From the NCBI GenBank assembly GCA_039818205.1, contig JBCBUK010000004.1:200302-264301 (forward strand): a stretch of DNA of 64,000 nucleotides, in the 5' to 3' direction. A program made the position numbers and the translations under genes. Source of the stretch: Verrucomicrobiota bacterium. GTDB lineage: Bacteria > Verrucomicrobiota > Verrucomicrobiia > Opitutales > Cerasicoccaceae. The number at the start of each line of letters is the position of its first letter. Position 1 is the first letter of the stretch. The notes under the pieces are model-generated. The model was not told the origin of the DNA, did no database searches, and was given only the letters and a program-made list of their open reading frames with translations. This document shows, piece after piece, positions 19,052 through 28,555 of this stretch.

Positions 19052-20572
19052 ATGGCGATTACCGGAAAAGTCTATTTGGTCGGCGCGGGTCCTGGCGATC
19101 CAGGTCTGGTTACTTTGCGAGCCAAAGAACTCATTTCTCAATGCGACTCCTTGGTCTACGATTACTTGGCGAGCCCCGAATTGCACAAGTGGACGAAGAT
19201 CGGTTGCGAGAAAATCTGCGTTGGTAAGCGGCAAGGCTTTCACTCGATCCCGCAAGAAGAGATTGAGCAGATCCTGGTCGACCGAGCAAAGCGTGGCGAG
19301 ATGGTTGTGCGACTCAAAGGAGGCGACCCATTTATCTTTGGTCGTGGCGGAGAAGAGGCCGAGACCCTCATGAAGGACGACATCCCGTTTGAGATCGTGC
19401 CAGCGGTCACGGCGGCTTTGGCATCGGCAGCTTATGCGGGAATCCCGCTCACCCATCGCGACTACAGTTCGTCGGTGTGCTTCCTTACTGGCCACGAAGA
19501 TCCGGAGAAGCACGAGGTGCAGATCGACTTTGCGCAGTTTGCCAAGACCAATGGCACGCTTTGCATTTATATGGGAATGGGCCACCTAGGCGATATCACG
19601 ACGCGTTTGATCGAGTCGGGCCTGGCGGCAGAAACTCCAGTGGGAATTGTGCAATGGGCAACGACCCCGCGACAGAAGAGCCTTCTAACCAGCCTTGAGA
19701 ATGCGGTTGCTGACAAGGATGCTGCGGGTTTGTCATCTCCGGCGGTGGTCATTATCGGTAAGGTTGCTCCGTTGATGGAGCGCATTGGCTGGTATGAGAA
19801 GCGTCCGCTTTTCCGTAAGCGAATCGTGGTAACCCGAAGTCGCGATCAGGCCAGTGAACTCGCTGCAGCGCTGAACTTGCTGGGAGCCGAAGTTTTGGAG
19901 TTGCCGTTGATCGAAGTAACCGAGGATGAGAAATCGACCGGTGAAGACATCTGGCCTTCGATGGGTTCCTATCAGTGGGTCTTTTTTACGAGCCCCAATG
20001 GTGTAAAATATTTTTTCGAGAAGTTTCATCGGCAGTTTAATGATCTGCGCTACTTTGGCGGAATGCGGATCGCCTGCGTTGGCGAGGCAACTGCGAGCGC
20101 GGTTCGTGAACAACGCTTGGCAGTGGATGTGGTTCCGGATGAATCGATCGCCGAGGCCTTGGCGGACGCCGTGTTGGAAGAAGAGAATCTCGAGCATCAA
20201 ACGGTCCTGGTCGTAACTGGAAATCGCAACCGTGATGTACTCGTCGAAAAATTGGAAGAGGGCCGGGCGATCGTTGATACCTTCCCGGTGTATCGAACCG
20301 AGCTGACTGATCTCAGTGATCATCCAGCCGCTGTCCGTTTTCGCGAGGTCGGAGCTGACGCCATCACGTTTGCCAGCTCGAGTGCGGCCGACAGTTTTGT
20401 CCGCCAAGCGAAGAACTTGCAACCATCCGCGGAGGCAACTCGTCCCAAATGTGTGGCGATTGGACCAAAGACCTCTGCTACGATGCGCGAGTTTGGCCTC
20501 CCCGTGGACCGTACTGCAAAGGATGCGTCGATCGAAGGATTAGTGGCCGCCGTGCGCGCACTGTGGGAATAG
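19052..20572 (+). CDS. cobA/hemD: Uroporphyrinogen-III C-methyltransferase / uroporphyrinogen-III synthase fusion
   Basis: VYLVGAGPGDPGL, VRLKGGDPFIFGRGGEE; second half VVTRSRDQA, FTSPNGV, FASSSA, AIGPKT (HemD). Confidence 0.93.
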   Translation: MAITGKVYLVGAGPGDPGLVTLRAKELISQCDSLVYDYLASPELHKWTKIGCEKICVGKRQGFHSIPQEEIEQILVDRAKRGEMVVRLKGGDPFIFGRGGEEAETLMKDDIPFEIVPAVTAALASAAYAGIPLTHRDYSSSVCFLTGHEDPEKHEVQIDFAQFAKTNGTLCIYMGMGHLGDITTRLIESGLAAETPVGIVQWATTPRQKSLLTSLENAVADKDAAGLSSPAVVIIGKVAPLMERIGWYEKRPLFRKRIVVTRSRDQASELAAALNLLGAEVLELPLIEVTEDEKSTGEDIWPSMGSYQWVFFTSPNGVKYFFEKFHRQFNDLRYFGGMRIACVGEATASAVREQRLAVDVVPDESIAEALADAVLEEENLEHQTVLVVTGNRNRDVLVEKLEEGRAIVDTFPVYRTELTDLSDHPAAVRFREVGADAITFASSSAADSFVRQAKNLQPSAEATRPKCVAIGPKTSATMREFGLPVDRTAKDASIEGLVAAVRALWE

Positions 20573-20631
20573 CCTTGACCCTGAGCCTCAGCCTGCTGGT
20601 TTCAAGTTTGATGATTACCTTCGCCCAATCG

Positions 20632-21456
20632 ATGCAGCAGCACTCAGGCACCGGACAGTTTCGGATCTGGAGTATTTTGGTTTTTCTGTTGGCCCTGGTG
20701 GCTGGCATGTCTGGTTGCGAGAGCACCGGTGGTAGTGGTAACAGTAGCTCTGGTTCTTCGTCGGTTATTGGCCCAGACCCTGCCGTTTTGCGTGTGGGAG
20801 TAACGGCTAATATGCCGCCGTTTGTCTTTCGCCAAAATGGTGAGCTCGTTGGTCTCGAGGTGGATTTTGCCAAGCAGCTGGCCACGGACATGGGGCGCGA
20901 AGTTCACTTTGTTGATATGGGCTTTGAACGCCTCCTGCCGGCATTGCAAAACAACGACGTCGACATCGTCATGGCCGGGATGAATTACACGCCTGAGCGG
21001 GCGGCCATCATCTCTATGACCCAGCCGTATTTGCGCAGTGGGCAGATGGCTCTTGTTTTGCGCAAGAATGCTTCAAAATATGCGCTACCCGGTTTGATCG
21101 GAAACTCACGGGATAAGGTCGGCGCTGAAGCGGGTACGACGGGCGAGTTCTTAGTCCAGTCCAGTTTTCCAAATGCACAGCTTAAGACTTATTCTTCCGC
21201 AGAAGATGGTGCGATGGCTGTGGCTGATGGTGACGTCGATATCTTAATCCATGATGCACCAACGATTTATTGGCTCGCGGGTACTTATCAAAACCGAGGA
21301 GTCACGCCAGCGCGTCCGGTACTAACCGAAGACTTGATGGTATGGGGAATCCGTCGCGATAATGATCAGCTATTGAACAGTGTAAACGGCTTGGTTACCG
21401 AGTGGTCACGCAATGGCACCTTGGACCGTATTGCTGGTCGCTGGATTTCCTTCTAG
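20632..21456 (+). CDS. Amino-acid-type ABC substrate-binding lipoprotein (SBP family 3); start uncertain
   Basis: Lipobox-like LVAGMSG|C, Ser/Gly linker, LRVGVTANMPPF, GLEVDFA, DIVMAGMNYTPER. Confidence 0.85.
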   Translation: MQQHSGTGQFRIWSILVFLLALVAGMSGCESTGGSGNSSSGSSSVIGPDPAVLRVGVTANMPPFVFRQNGELVGLEVDFAKQLATDMGREVHFVDMGFERLLPALQNNDVDIVMAGMNYTPERAAIISMTQPYLRSGQMALVLRKNASKYALPGLIGNSRDKVGAEAGTTGEFLVQSSFPNAQLKTYSSAEDGAMAVADGDVDILIHDAPTIYWLAGTYQNRGVTPARPVLTEDLMVWGIRRDNDQLLNSVNGLVTEWSRNGTLDRIAGRWISF

Positions 21457-21497
21457 ATGGCCTAGGGCTATGTTCCTATAAGGCGGCGGAACATCGT

Positions 21498-21647
21498 TCA
21501 TTCGCCCGCGGTCAGGATTAGGTAAATGTTAAATATGACGATGAAAAACACGATCGTTACAGCGACCGCTTTCATTGACCAAGGTTTCTTCTGAGTTGGT
21601 TCAGAAGCTGCTTCTTGGGTTTGGTGATTGGTTCGTTTTTCGTTCAC
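21498..21647 (-). CDS. Small single-TM membrane protein (49 aa), below the ORF-track cutoff
   Basis: Manual translation from GTG: MNEKRTNHQTQEAASEPTQKKPWSMKAVAVTIVFFIVIFNIYLILTAGE*. Fills the otherwise empty gap; charged N-terminus plus a clear hydrophobic helix. Confidence 0.6.
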   Translation of the reverse strand: MNEKRTNHQTQEAASEPTQKKPWSMKAVAVTIVFFIVIFNIYLILTAGE

Positions 21648-21743
21648 GGTCCCTAGATCAGAGATCGGGAATATCACTCAAGTCGAGTGTTTTTCTTTAT
21701 CTTTGATATTATTTTCAATAAGCCATTCTGGATTACCCCCCCA

Positions 21744-24467
21744 ATGAGCAGTTCGACCCCTGACTTAACGTCAAATTTAGCACAAGTGATGCCCTGGCCG
21801 TATGCAGTTTGCAACCGGTCCGGGCAGATTCTGTCCTGCAATGAAGCCTTTAGTCAGATGGTTGGTAAGAAAATATCGGCCGATCTTTCCAATCAGCTGA
21901 GCAAATACCTAAAGCCGGTGCGTAAGGGGAAGTCGCTGGAAGAATTATTACTCAGGATTAATCGGGATGCCTGGCATGGTAAGCTGAGCCTGAATAGCCG
22001 TGACGCGGGTGCAGTCGTTGAGGTCTTGATGCAAGAAGACCCTGATATACCGGAGAATCTGTGGCTCATTGTAATGGAGAATCCCGTCGTTAACGGGCAG
22101 ATGATTCTCAATCCGAGAAGTGAGCTTCGCCTGTTGCAGATCCTCATGGACCATACGCTCGACTACGTATACTTTACGGATATCCATGGCCATTTTGTCA
22201 TTACCAATCGAGCATTTCAGCGTGCCTTAGAGAGCCCATATCCAGGACACGAAGTCGGTAAATCGATGTCGGATTTTGTGACCCGGGAAACCGCACGCTG
22301 GGTTTCGGAATCTGATCAGGAAGTCTTGAGTTCGCTTCGGCCAATCGTGAATCACGTTGGCTTGTTTCAGGTGCGTAATGGTGGTGCGCATTGGCTGCAA
22401 ACAACGAAGATGCCCGTATTCGACCACAACCGTAGTTGCATTGGTCTAGTCTCCGTGAGTCGCGATATTTCCGAGGCACGCCAGACAGAAAATCGATTGA
22501 GGGAAGCGATTCGTCGGGCTGAGCAGGCGAACCGGGCAAAAGGTGAATTCCTCGCGAACATGAGCCACGAGATTCGCACACCGATCAATGGTATCATTGG
22601 GATGAGTGAACTTTGTTTAGAGAGTGAATTGGCTCCCGACCAAGAGCGCTACCTTCAAACGGTTTTGAGCTGCAGCAACACCTTGCTTGCGCTTGTGAAC
22701 GACATTCTTGACTTTTCTAAAATTGAAGCCGGGCAGCTAGATTTGGAACGGATTGATTTTGATATCCGGGAGGCAATTGAAGATTCCGTCGACCAGTTTG
22801 TGACCATTGCGCGTGACCGCGGCTTGGAGCTCGCGGTTAAGATTGATCCATCCTTGCCATCGATTGCCTCGGGCGATCCGATTCGTTTTCGCCAGGTGCT
22901 TAACAATCTCCTAAGCAATGCCGTAAAGTTTACCGAGGAGGGCGAGGTAATAGTCTCTGTTCGGCAGGTTTCGCAGGAAGGCGATAGCATGCGGATTGAG
23001 ATTGCTGTAAAAGATACCGGAATCGGCATTGAACCAACGAGATTGGAAAATATTTTCGAAACCTTTACGCAGGGCGATTCTTCGACCACGCGCAAATATG
23101 GTGGAACCGGCCTTGGCCTTTCGATCTGCCGAAAGCTCGCCCGGATGATGGGTGGCGATGTGCGGGTCGAAAGCGAACTCGGAAAAGGGGCCATCTTTAC
23201 GGTGGAGCTCGAGATCGACAGTGTTAGCACGGAGACAGAACACGCCATGCTCAGCATGGAGGCACTACAGAATTGCCGTGTCTTGATTGTGGATGACAAT
23301 CTGACCAATCGCCAGATACTCGATGAGGTCTGCCGCCATTGGGGGATGGATCCAGTTACTTGTGATGACGGTGTTCGCGCGATCGAAAAAATCGAACGTG
23401 CCGCCGAGAATGGAAACCCCTTTGGCCTGTTGTTATTGGATCAACAGATGCCCGGCTTGAGCGGTACTGATATCGCTTCCTTGGTGGCTAGCCGCGATCA
23501 TTTGGAGAATACTCGAATGATCATTCTTACGTCGGCGATCACCCGGGAAGAGCGCCAGCGGGGTAAGAAGATGGGCATTGGCCGTTTCCTCACCAAGCCG
23601 GTCAAACAGAACGATCTGCGGGAAGCGATTTTGGCAGTATTCAACATCACGTCCGATCTGGTTATGCACTCGCCATCGGCACCAGCCGCATTGAAGCCAG
23701 CCCTGTTGGACGGTAGCGAGTTGCCTGCTTTACGGATTCTACTGGTTGAGGACAATCCAATCAACCAGGAGGTCGCGATGCAGCGCCTCAATAAGTTGGG
23801 GCACGATGTCGAGCTAGCCAACGACGGGTTTGAAGCCGTTGAATTATTCCAGGCGCTGGAGTTCGATTTGATCCTGATGGATGTGCAAATGCCTCGCCTT
23901 GATGGTTTGGGCGCAACGCGGCGTATACGCGAAATCGAGAATCGGCTAGATCGCCGAACACCGATCATTGCGATGACCGCGCGCGCGATGCGCGGTGATG
24001 AACAGGTATGTCTTGATGCGGGCATGGATGGGTATCTCACGAAGCCATTTCGGGCCGAGAAAATGCGTAAGGTCCTCAACGAGGTGATTAACACCGAACC
24101 CGAGTCCCAACCGATGTCAGTCGCAGGCCCGAACTATGATCCTCGATCGGTTGCCGATGGATTATCGGAGGAAGATCGCGAAGACATGGAGCTTGCTGCG
24201 AGGATGTTCCGCAAGAATTGGACGGAAGAATTTGCTCCGCTTCAGAAACTTGCGGATCGCAATGACTTTGAACCGATTGCCCAGTTTGCCCACGCACTGA
24301 AGGGAACAGCTGGGCTCCTCCGTGCGATTCGCCTTGGGCAGGCCGCCGCGTGTTTAGAAGAAGGTGCGAAGCGCCACGATTCGAGCGAGTTACCCACCTT
24401 GCTCAATCAGATTGAGCTCGAAGCGCAGCAAATTTGCCTCTCCCTGGAGAATTTTGGAAACTCCTAA
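21744..24467 (+). CDS. Cytoplasmic hybrid sensor histidine kinase (PAS-PAS-HisKA-HATPase-REC-REC-Hpt)
   Basis: FLANMSHEIRTP, NLLSNAVKFT, DTGIGI, GGTGLGLSI, LLDQQMP, LMDVQMP, AHALKGTA; no TM segments seen. Confidence 0.93.
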   Translation: MSSSTPDLTSNLAQVMPWPYAVCNRSGQILSCNEAFSQMVGKKISADLSNQLSKYLKPVRKGKSLEELLLRINRDAWHGKLSLNSRDAGAVVEVLMQEDPDIPENLWLIVMENPVVNGQMILNPRSELRLLQILMDHTLDYVYFTDIHGHFVITNRAFQRALESPYPGHEVGKSMSDFVTRETARWVSESDQEVLSSLRPIVNHVGLFQVRNGGAHWLQTTKMPVFDHNRSCIGLVSVSRDISEARQTENRLREAIRRAEQANRAKGEFLANMSHEIRTPINGIIGMSELCLESELAPDQERYLQTVLSCSNTLLALVNDILDFSKIEAGQLDLERIDFDIREAIEDSVDQFVTIARDRGLELAVKIDPSLPSIASGDPIRFRQVLNNLLSNAVKFTEEGEVIVSVRQVSQEGDSMRIEIAVKDTGIGIEPTRLENIFETFTQGDSSTTRKYGGTGLGLSICRKLARMMGGDVRVESELGKGAIFTVELEIDSVSTETEHAMLSMEALQNCRVLIVDDNLTNRQILDEVCRHWGMDPVTCDDGVRAIEKIERAAENGNPFGLLLLDQQMPGLSGTDIASLVASRDHLENTRMIILTSAITREERQRGKKMGIGRFLTKPVKQNDLREAILAVFNITSDLVMHSPSAPAALKPALLDGSELPALRILLVEDNPINQEVAMQRLNKLGHDVELANDGFEAVELFQALEFDLILMDVQMPRLDGLGATRRIREIENRLDRRTPIIAMTARAMRGDEQVCLDAGMDGYLTKPFRAEKMRKVLNEVINTEPESQPMSVAGPNYDPRSVADGLSEEDREDMELAARMFRKNWTEEFAPLQKLADRNDFEPIAQFAHALKGTAGLLRAIRLGQAAACLEEGAKRHDSSELPTLLNQIELEAQQICLSLENFGNS

Positions 24468-24547
24468 AGATCTTGCATTGCGTTGCATAATCAACCGGGA
24501 TGTGGCATAGGAATAGTTTGTTGTTAGTGTGCTATTAAGATTTTTTT

Positions 24548-24832
24548 ATGGGTACGAATCCGCAGGTTGAACCGGATACTAAAACCTCAGTTGCTACTGA
24601 GCCTCCTTGGAGTGTGATTGTACTCAATGATCCCGTGAACTTGATGAGTTATGTCGTCTTGGTCTTTCGGCGCGTTTTTGGTTTCGATGAGGACAAAGCA
24701 CGCAAACACATGATGGAAGTTCACCAGTTGGGTCGCTCTGTCGTGTGGGCCGGAGACCGCGAAGAAGCAGAAGCTTACGTTCATGAGTTGCAGAAATGGC
24801 AACTTAATGCACTGATGGAGCGTGATGCCTGA
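24548..24832 (+). CDS. clpS: ATP-dependent Clp protease adaptor ClpS
   Basis: WSVIVLNDPVNLMSYV..VF..VFG...A..MMEVH..GRSVV, the actinobacterial-type ClpS pattern. Confidence 0.92.
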   Translation: MGTNPQVEPDTKTSVATEPPWSVIVLNDPVNLMSYVVLVFRRVFGFDEDKARKHMMEVHQLGRSVVWAGDREEAEAYVHELQKWQLNALMERDA

Positions 24833-25295
24833 AATCGATTTCAGACTTAGCCCCTTTTTCTTACAGGCCTTGAAAGACGTTCTTGAGCCCGTAAGCAAGT
24901 CGCTGCGCCTACAGGTCGCGATCAAGCTGCGCGCGACACCGGACGATGATGAACTCCTCGAAGAGGCTTGGCGTGATAGCCTGCTTGAGCACCTTAACGA
25001 AGACCTGGCCGAGTTGTTACAGTTGCTAGAGGAATTAAGTGGTGAGTCCGTGTTGCGGATTTCCGATGGGCAAGCAGAGAGCTTGTTGCGAGCCGCGTCT
25101 GCGATTCGTCTTAAAATTCGAGAAGTATTTCTCAGCGAACTTTCCGAGTATGATCTCGAGCAAGGATCGATCAATGTGGCCAAACTTCGTCCCGAACAGC
25201 ACAAACCTTATGCCTGTTTTGGGTTCCTTGCCAGCTTTCAAGAGCGTCTTGTCGTGCAGCTCATGCCCGATTTCTACGATGACGAATCCATTTAG
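24825..25295 (+). CDS. DUF2017-like protein coupled to clpS
   Basis: Overlaps the clpS stop; AESLLRAASAIRL and FLASFQERLV resemble the DUF2017 proteins that follow clpS in Actinobacteria. Confidence 0.6.
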   Translation: MPEIDFRLSPFFLQALKDVLEPVSKSLRLQVAIKLRATPDDDELLEEAWRDSLLEHLNEDLAELLQLLEELSGESVLRISDGQAESLLRAASAIRLKIREVFLSELSEYDLEQGSINVAKLRPEQHKPYACFGFLASFQERLVVQLMPDFYDDESI

Positions 25296-25306
25296 TCACC
25301 GGCGCG

Positions 25307-25639
25307 TTAACCAACGTTCTGAGCGGCTTCTATCGCCCTCGTAGGTTGGTTCTGTTGTCGAGTCTTGCCTGTTTCAAAGGGCCAGTATCCCTTCTCGCTC
25401 AACTTGACGACGATTGCAGGGCCCAGGTCACGGTTCCTGCGCAACCAGCGTAACTTGCGTTCTGCCTGGGCAAGGCTTTCGAACTCGGCGGCGAATGTTG
25501 AATCGTCAACCAAGGTTAAATAGTTTTGGTGAAGTCCTTGTCGATGGGAACGTAGTGTAAGCATCTGAACGAACTTACCGTCAGTCCGTTGTATCGCATA
25601 CCGTATCCTCCCACAAACACTAGTATGATTACTCTCCAT
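25307..25639 (-). CDS. Hypothetical protein (110 aa)
   Basis: ATG-start ORF filling the gap, convergent on the DUF2017-like gene; no recognised family. Confidence 0.55.
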   Translation of the reverse strand: MESNHTSVCGRIRYAIQRTDGKFVQMLTLRSHRQGLHQNYLTLVDDSTFAAEFESLAQAERKLRWLRRNRDLGPAIVVKLSEKGYWPFETGKTRQQNQPTRAIEAAQNVG

Positions 25640-25979
25640 GGTTGAGGTATATAATCGCTAAAGCCTCAAGGACGCAAATTGCTCAAACCACAAATATTGA
25701 GGGATGCTTCCGTGTAAGGAATATCAATTAGGCGATCGGCCGGAACAAGGTAATAGAGTTGCCCGCCGTTGACAGTATTCGCCAACCACTGTCAATGGCA
25801 TCTTGCAAAGAGCGTATACCATCGTCCAATGAAACGGTCCGATACTCGGCAGGAAAACGACTCGCGGATGGCTTGCTCATCGACGCGGACGATAGCATCG
25901 AAACTTAAACGAAAACAAATGAGCAAAACCCTACATATTGAGGGTTCCAAACCGGCGCGACTTAACCGACCGCAAAGTC

Positions 25980-27161
25980 TTAGCTAATGACTTTGAAAAA
26001 CTTACGTTTGCCGGCCTGGATTACGGTTTCTGAAGCCGGCTTATCAAGTGCCTTAGTCGTATCGTTGATTGGTTGGTTGTCGACCTTTACCGCACCTTGT
26101 TCAATGAGGCGTCGAATCTCTTTCTTGCTTGGGAAGAGCTCCGTCGCTGCCATGAGGTTGATTAAGCCACATTGATTCTCGCCGTTGGCCAATTGGCTCC
26201 ACTGAAATTCGGGCATGTCGTCGGGCCGCTCTTTTTTGGCAAATACCTGCTCGAACTGTTCGAGTTCATACTTTGCATCTTGAAGCGAGTAGAACATCGC
26301 AACGAGGGATGACGCCAAATGCTTTTTCGCAACCATGGGATGGTCGCTCTTGTGGTGCTCAATGCGTTCCTCGTCGAGTTCCAAGAGGAGTCGGTAGTAG
26401 TCCCACATGGTCTCATCCGGAATCGACATGATCTTGCCAAACATTTCCTTGGGCGAGTGATTGAAAGAGATGTAGTTGTCCGCGCTCTTGGACATCTTTT
26501 TGGAGCCATCCAATCCAACCAACAAGGGCATGGTGATGACTGCTTGTTCGGGCTGGCCCGCTTCCTTTTGGAGCTGACGCCCAACAAGCATATTGAAGAG
26601 CTGGTCCGTGCCGCCCAGCTCGACGTCGGATTCCAACATGATGGAATCGTAACCCTGAACGAGCGGGTAGAGGAATTCGACGATCGAAATCGGTTTGTTC
26701 CCGGCGTAGCGCTTTGAGAAGTCATCGCGCTCGAGCATTCGGGCAACGGTCATTTGACGGGCTAGGTTTAGCGCGTCTCCAAAATTCATCTTATTGAACC
26801 ATTCGCTATTGTAGCGGACGAGCGTGCGCTCTTCGTCGAGGATTTTAAACGCTTGGTCGAGGTAAGTCTCAGCATTGGCTTGCACCTCCTCCGGTGTCAG
26901 GACTGGGCGTGTATCCGAACGGCCACTCGGGTCACCAATCGTGGCGGTGTAATCGCCGATCAAGAGAATGCAGTCGTGGCCCATATCCTGGAACTGCTTC
27001 ATCTTGTTGAAGACAACCAGATGCCCAAATGTCAGGTCCGGGCGGGTTGGGTCAACGCCTAGTTTGACGCGCAGTTTTTTGCCTTTGCGGATGCGATCCA
27101 TCAGCTGGTCAGCGCCAATGATAGTGTCCGTGTTTTGCTTGAAGATATCGAGTCGGCTCAT
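25980..27161 (-). CDS. tyrS: Tyrosine--tRNA ligase
   Basis: KLGVDPTRPDLTFGH, IGDPSGR, EFLYPLVQGYDS, ELGGTDQLFN, KMSKS, C-terminal S4 domain (RRLIEQGAV). Confidence 0.97.
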   Translation of the reverse strand: MSRLDIFKQNTDTIIGADQLMDRIRKGKKLRVKLGVDPTRPDLTFGHLVVFNKMKQFQDMGHDCILLIGDYTATIGDPSGRSDTRPVLTPEEVQANAETYLDQAFKILDEERTLVRYNSEWFNKMNFGDALNLARQMTVARMLERDDFSKRYAGNKPISIVEFLYPLVQGYDSIMLESDVELGGTDQLFNMLVGRQLQKEAGQPEQAVITMPLLVGLDGSKKMSKSADNYISFNHSPKEMFGKIMSIPDETMWDYYRLLLELDEERIEHHKSDHPMVAKKHLASSLVAMFYSLQDAKYELEQFEQVFAKKERPDDMPEFQWSQLANGENQCGLINLMAATELFPSKKEIRRLIEQGAVKVDNQPINDTTKALDKPASETVIQAGKRKFFKVIS

Positions 27162-27237
27162 GGGAGGTCTCAGGGAAAAGCGGATTAAAGCCGCTTTCCG
27201 GGGTGGGGGACAAGGGGAAAGTTACCTGTTTGCGCGG

Positions 27238-27271
27238 ACAAAAAACGCCGCCTCGATTTGAAGGCAGCGTT
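27238..27271 (-). terminator. Terminator after PEP-CTERM array gene 1 (degenerate copy of the array terminator)
   Basis: ACAAAAAACGCCGCCTCGATTTGAAGGCAGCGTT: imperfect stem plus T-tract on the minus strand. Confidence 0.6.
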
Positions 27272-27294
27272 ACGGTAAACTGATACGCTTAATC

Positions 27295-27870
27295 TCATTC
27301 AGCCTTGGCTTGCTTCCGCCGTCGCAAAATCATCAGCCCTAAGCCAAGTGCTCCGGCAATCGCAATATACATGGATGGTTCTGGAACGGCGGTGGCAACA
27401 ATGTTCAATGTGACCGAATCACTCGGAAGATTGTAGACGTAGTTGCCAGGAACGATCCCGAGACTTGCGAATGTTCCCCCAAAGGTCGTCGTGAAAGAAA
27501 GAGGGATAAAGGACGTGTAACCTTGGGGAACTCCAATGGCAATCGTGCTGACTCCAAAAGAATCACCCGTAGGTACGCCCGCAACGTTCGCGACGCCGGC
27601 TCCAAATGCGCCGGTTGAGGAAATGACGTTGTAGCTGTCTAGCGGAGAAAATCCGGCACCCCCGAGATCGGTTGAATAAGCGCCTATATTGGGCGTGATC
27701 GCACCTGGTGCCCCAGAGAAACCAACAAAGGGGGCACCTGTGCCGGTTAGATCGAGGTCTCCGGATCCGGAAAAGACAACCGTTCCCCCAACTTCTGTTG
27801 CGTTGATTACAATGGCGGCGTTGGCCGATGTCATTGCCGCAAAACCGAAAACAAGTAGTTGTAGCTTCAT
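27295..27870 (-). CDS. PEP-CTERM protein, tandem array copy 1
   Basis: Signal peptide; AIVINATEVGGTVVFSGSGDLDL; LPSDSVTL; VPEPSMYIAIAGALGLGLMILRRRKQAK. Confidence 0.93.
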   Translation of the reverse strand: MKLQLLVFGFAAMTSANAAIVINATEVGGTVVFSGSGDLDLTGTGAPFVGFSGAPGAITPNIGAYSTDLGGAGFSPLDSYNVISSTGAFGAGVANVAGVPTGDSFGVSTIAIGVPQGYTSFIPLSFTTTFGGTFASLGIVPGNYVYNLPSDSVTLNIVATAVPEPSMYIAIAGALGLGLMILRRRKQAKAE

Positions 27871-27917
27871 GTTCGGTATTGTCGGGGATGGCCTCCTCGC
27901 AGGCAAACGCTTAGTTG

Positions 27918-28487
27918 CTACTTTCGAATGGTCGATATTCGGCGTTTGACGGTAAAACCGAATATGGCGATGCCGACCAGCGCCGCGTACATCGATGGCT
28001 CGGGAACTGCGGGAACGTTCAGCGTGACAGAGTCGCTCGGGAGGTTCCAGGTGTAGACGCCGGGAGTGATTCCAAGATCTTCAATCGTAGATCCAGAGAA
28101 CGTCGCGGTAAAGACAATCGCATCATTGGACGAGTAACCTTGAATCACGGCAACACCGCTACTTGTTAGGCCAAAAGCGTCGCCAGTTACATTATTTGTG
28201 GTCGTTAGGCCACCGGAACCAGTCGGAGCGTTGGAGGTTGCAGAGTAGACATCGAGGGTGCTGGGCGATCCTACGGCGTCGGCTCCAAAATTGCCAAGAT
28301 TGGGCTCAACGATGCCGGGAGCGCCCAGTACGCCGCTTATTGGGGGCGTTGTCCCGGTAAGATCCAAACTGCCCGAGCCCGAGAAAACCGTGTCGCCGTT
28401 TACTTGGCTGACGTTAATGATGACAATGCCTTGGGCGGATCCAAATGAAAAGACAGTCGCAACTAGTAGAAACAAGGGAAACCTCAT
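27918..28487 (-). CDS. PEP-CTERM protein, tandem array copy 2
   Basis: IVIINVSQVNGDTVFSGSGSLDL; LPSDSVTL; VPEPSMYAALVGIAIFGFTVKRR. Confidence 0.93.
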   Translation of the reverse strand: MRFPLFLLVATVFSFGSAQGIVIINVSQVNGDTVFSGSGSLDLTGTTPPISGVLGAPGIVEPNLGNFGADAVGSPSTLDVYSATSNAPTGSGGLTTTNNVTGDAFGLTSSGVAVIQGYSSNDAIVFTATFSGSTIEDLGITPGVYTWNLPSDSVTLNVPAVPEPSMYAALVGIAIFGFTVKRRISTIRK

Positions 28488-28555
28488 GCTTCAATCCTGA
28501 GCTGCTTTTTCCGTTTTCGCAAGTTGAGTTGCTATGGATTGCTCAAAAAATTGAG

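Noticed and set aside
25660..25765. c-di-GMP-I riboswitch (GGACGCAAA ... GTTGCC)
   Set aside because: The GNRA-capped P2 stem and GGCAAA start are missing, and the orientation is opposite to the adjacent gene.
27162..27237. T-box riboswitch upstream of tyrS
   Set aside because: Only a short hairpin (GGAAAGCGG-CTTTAAT-CCGCTTTTCC, 27174-27199) is present; no T-box consensus, and the leader is far too short.
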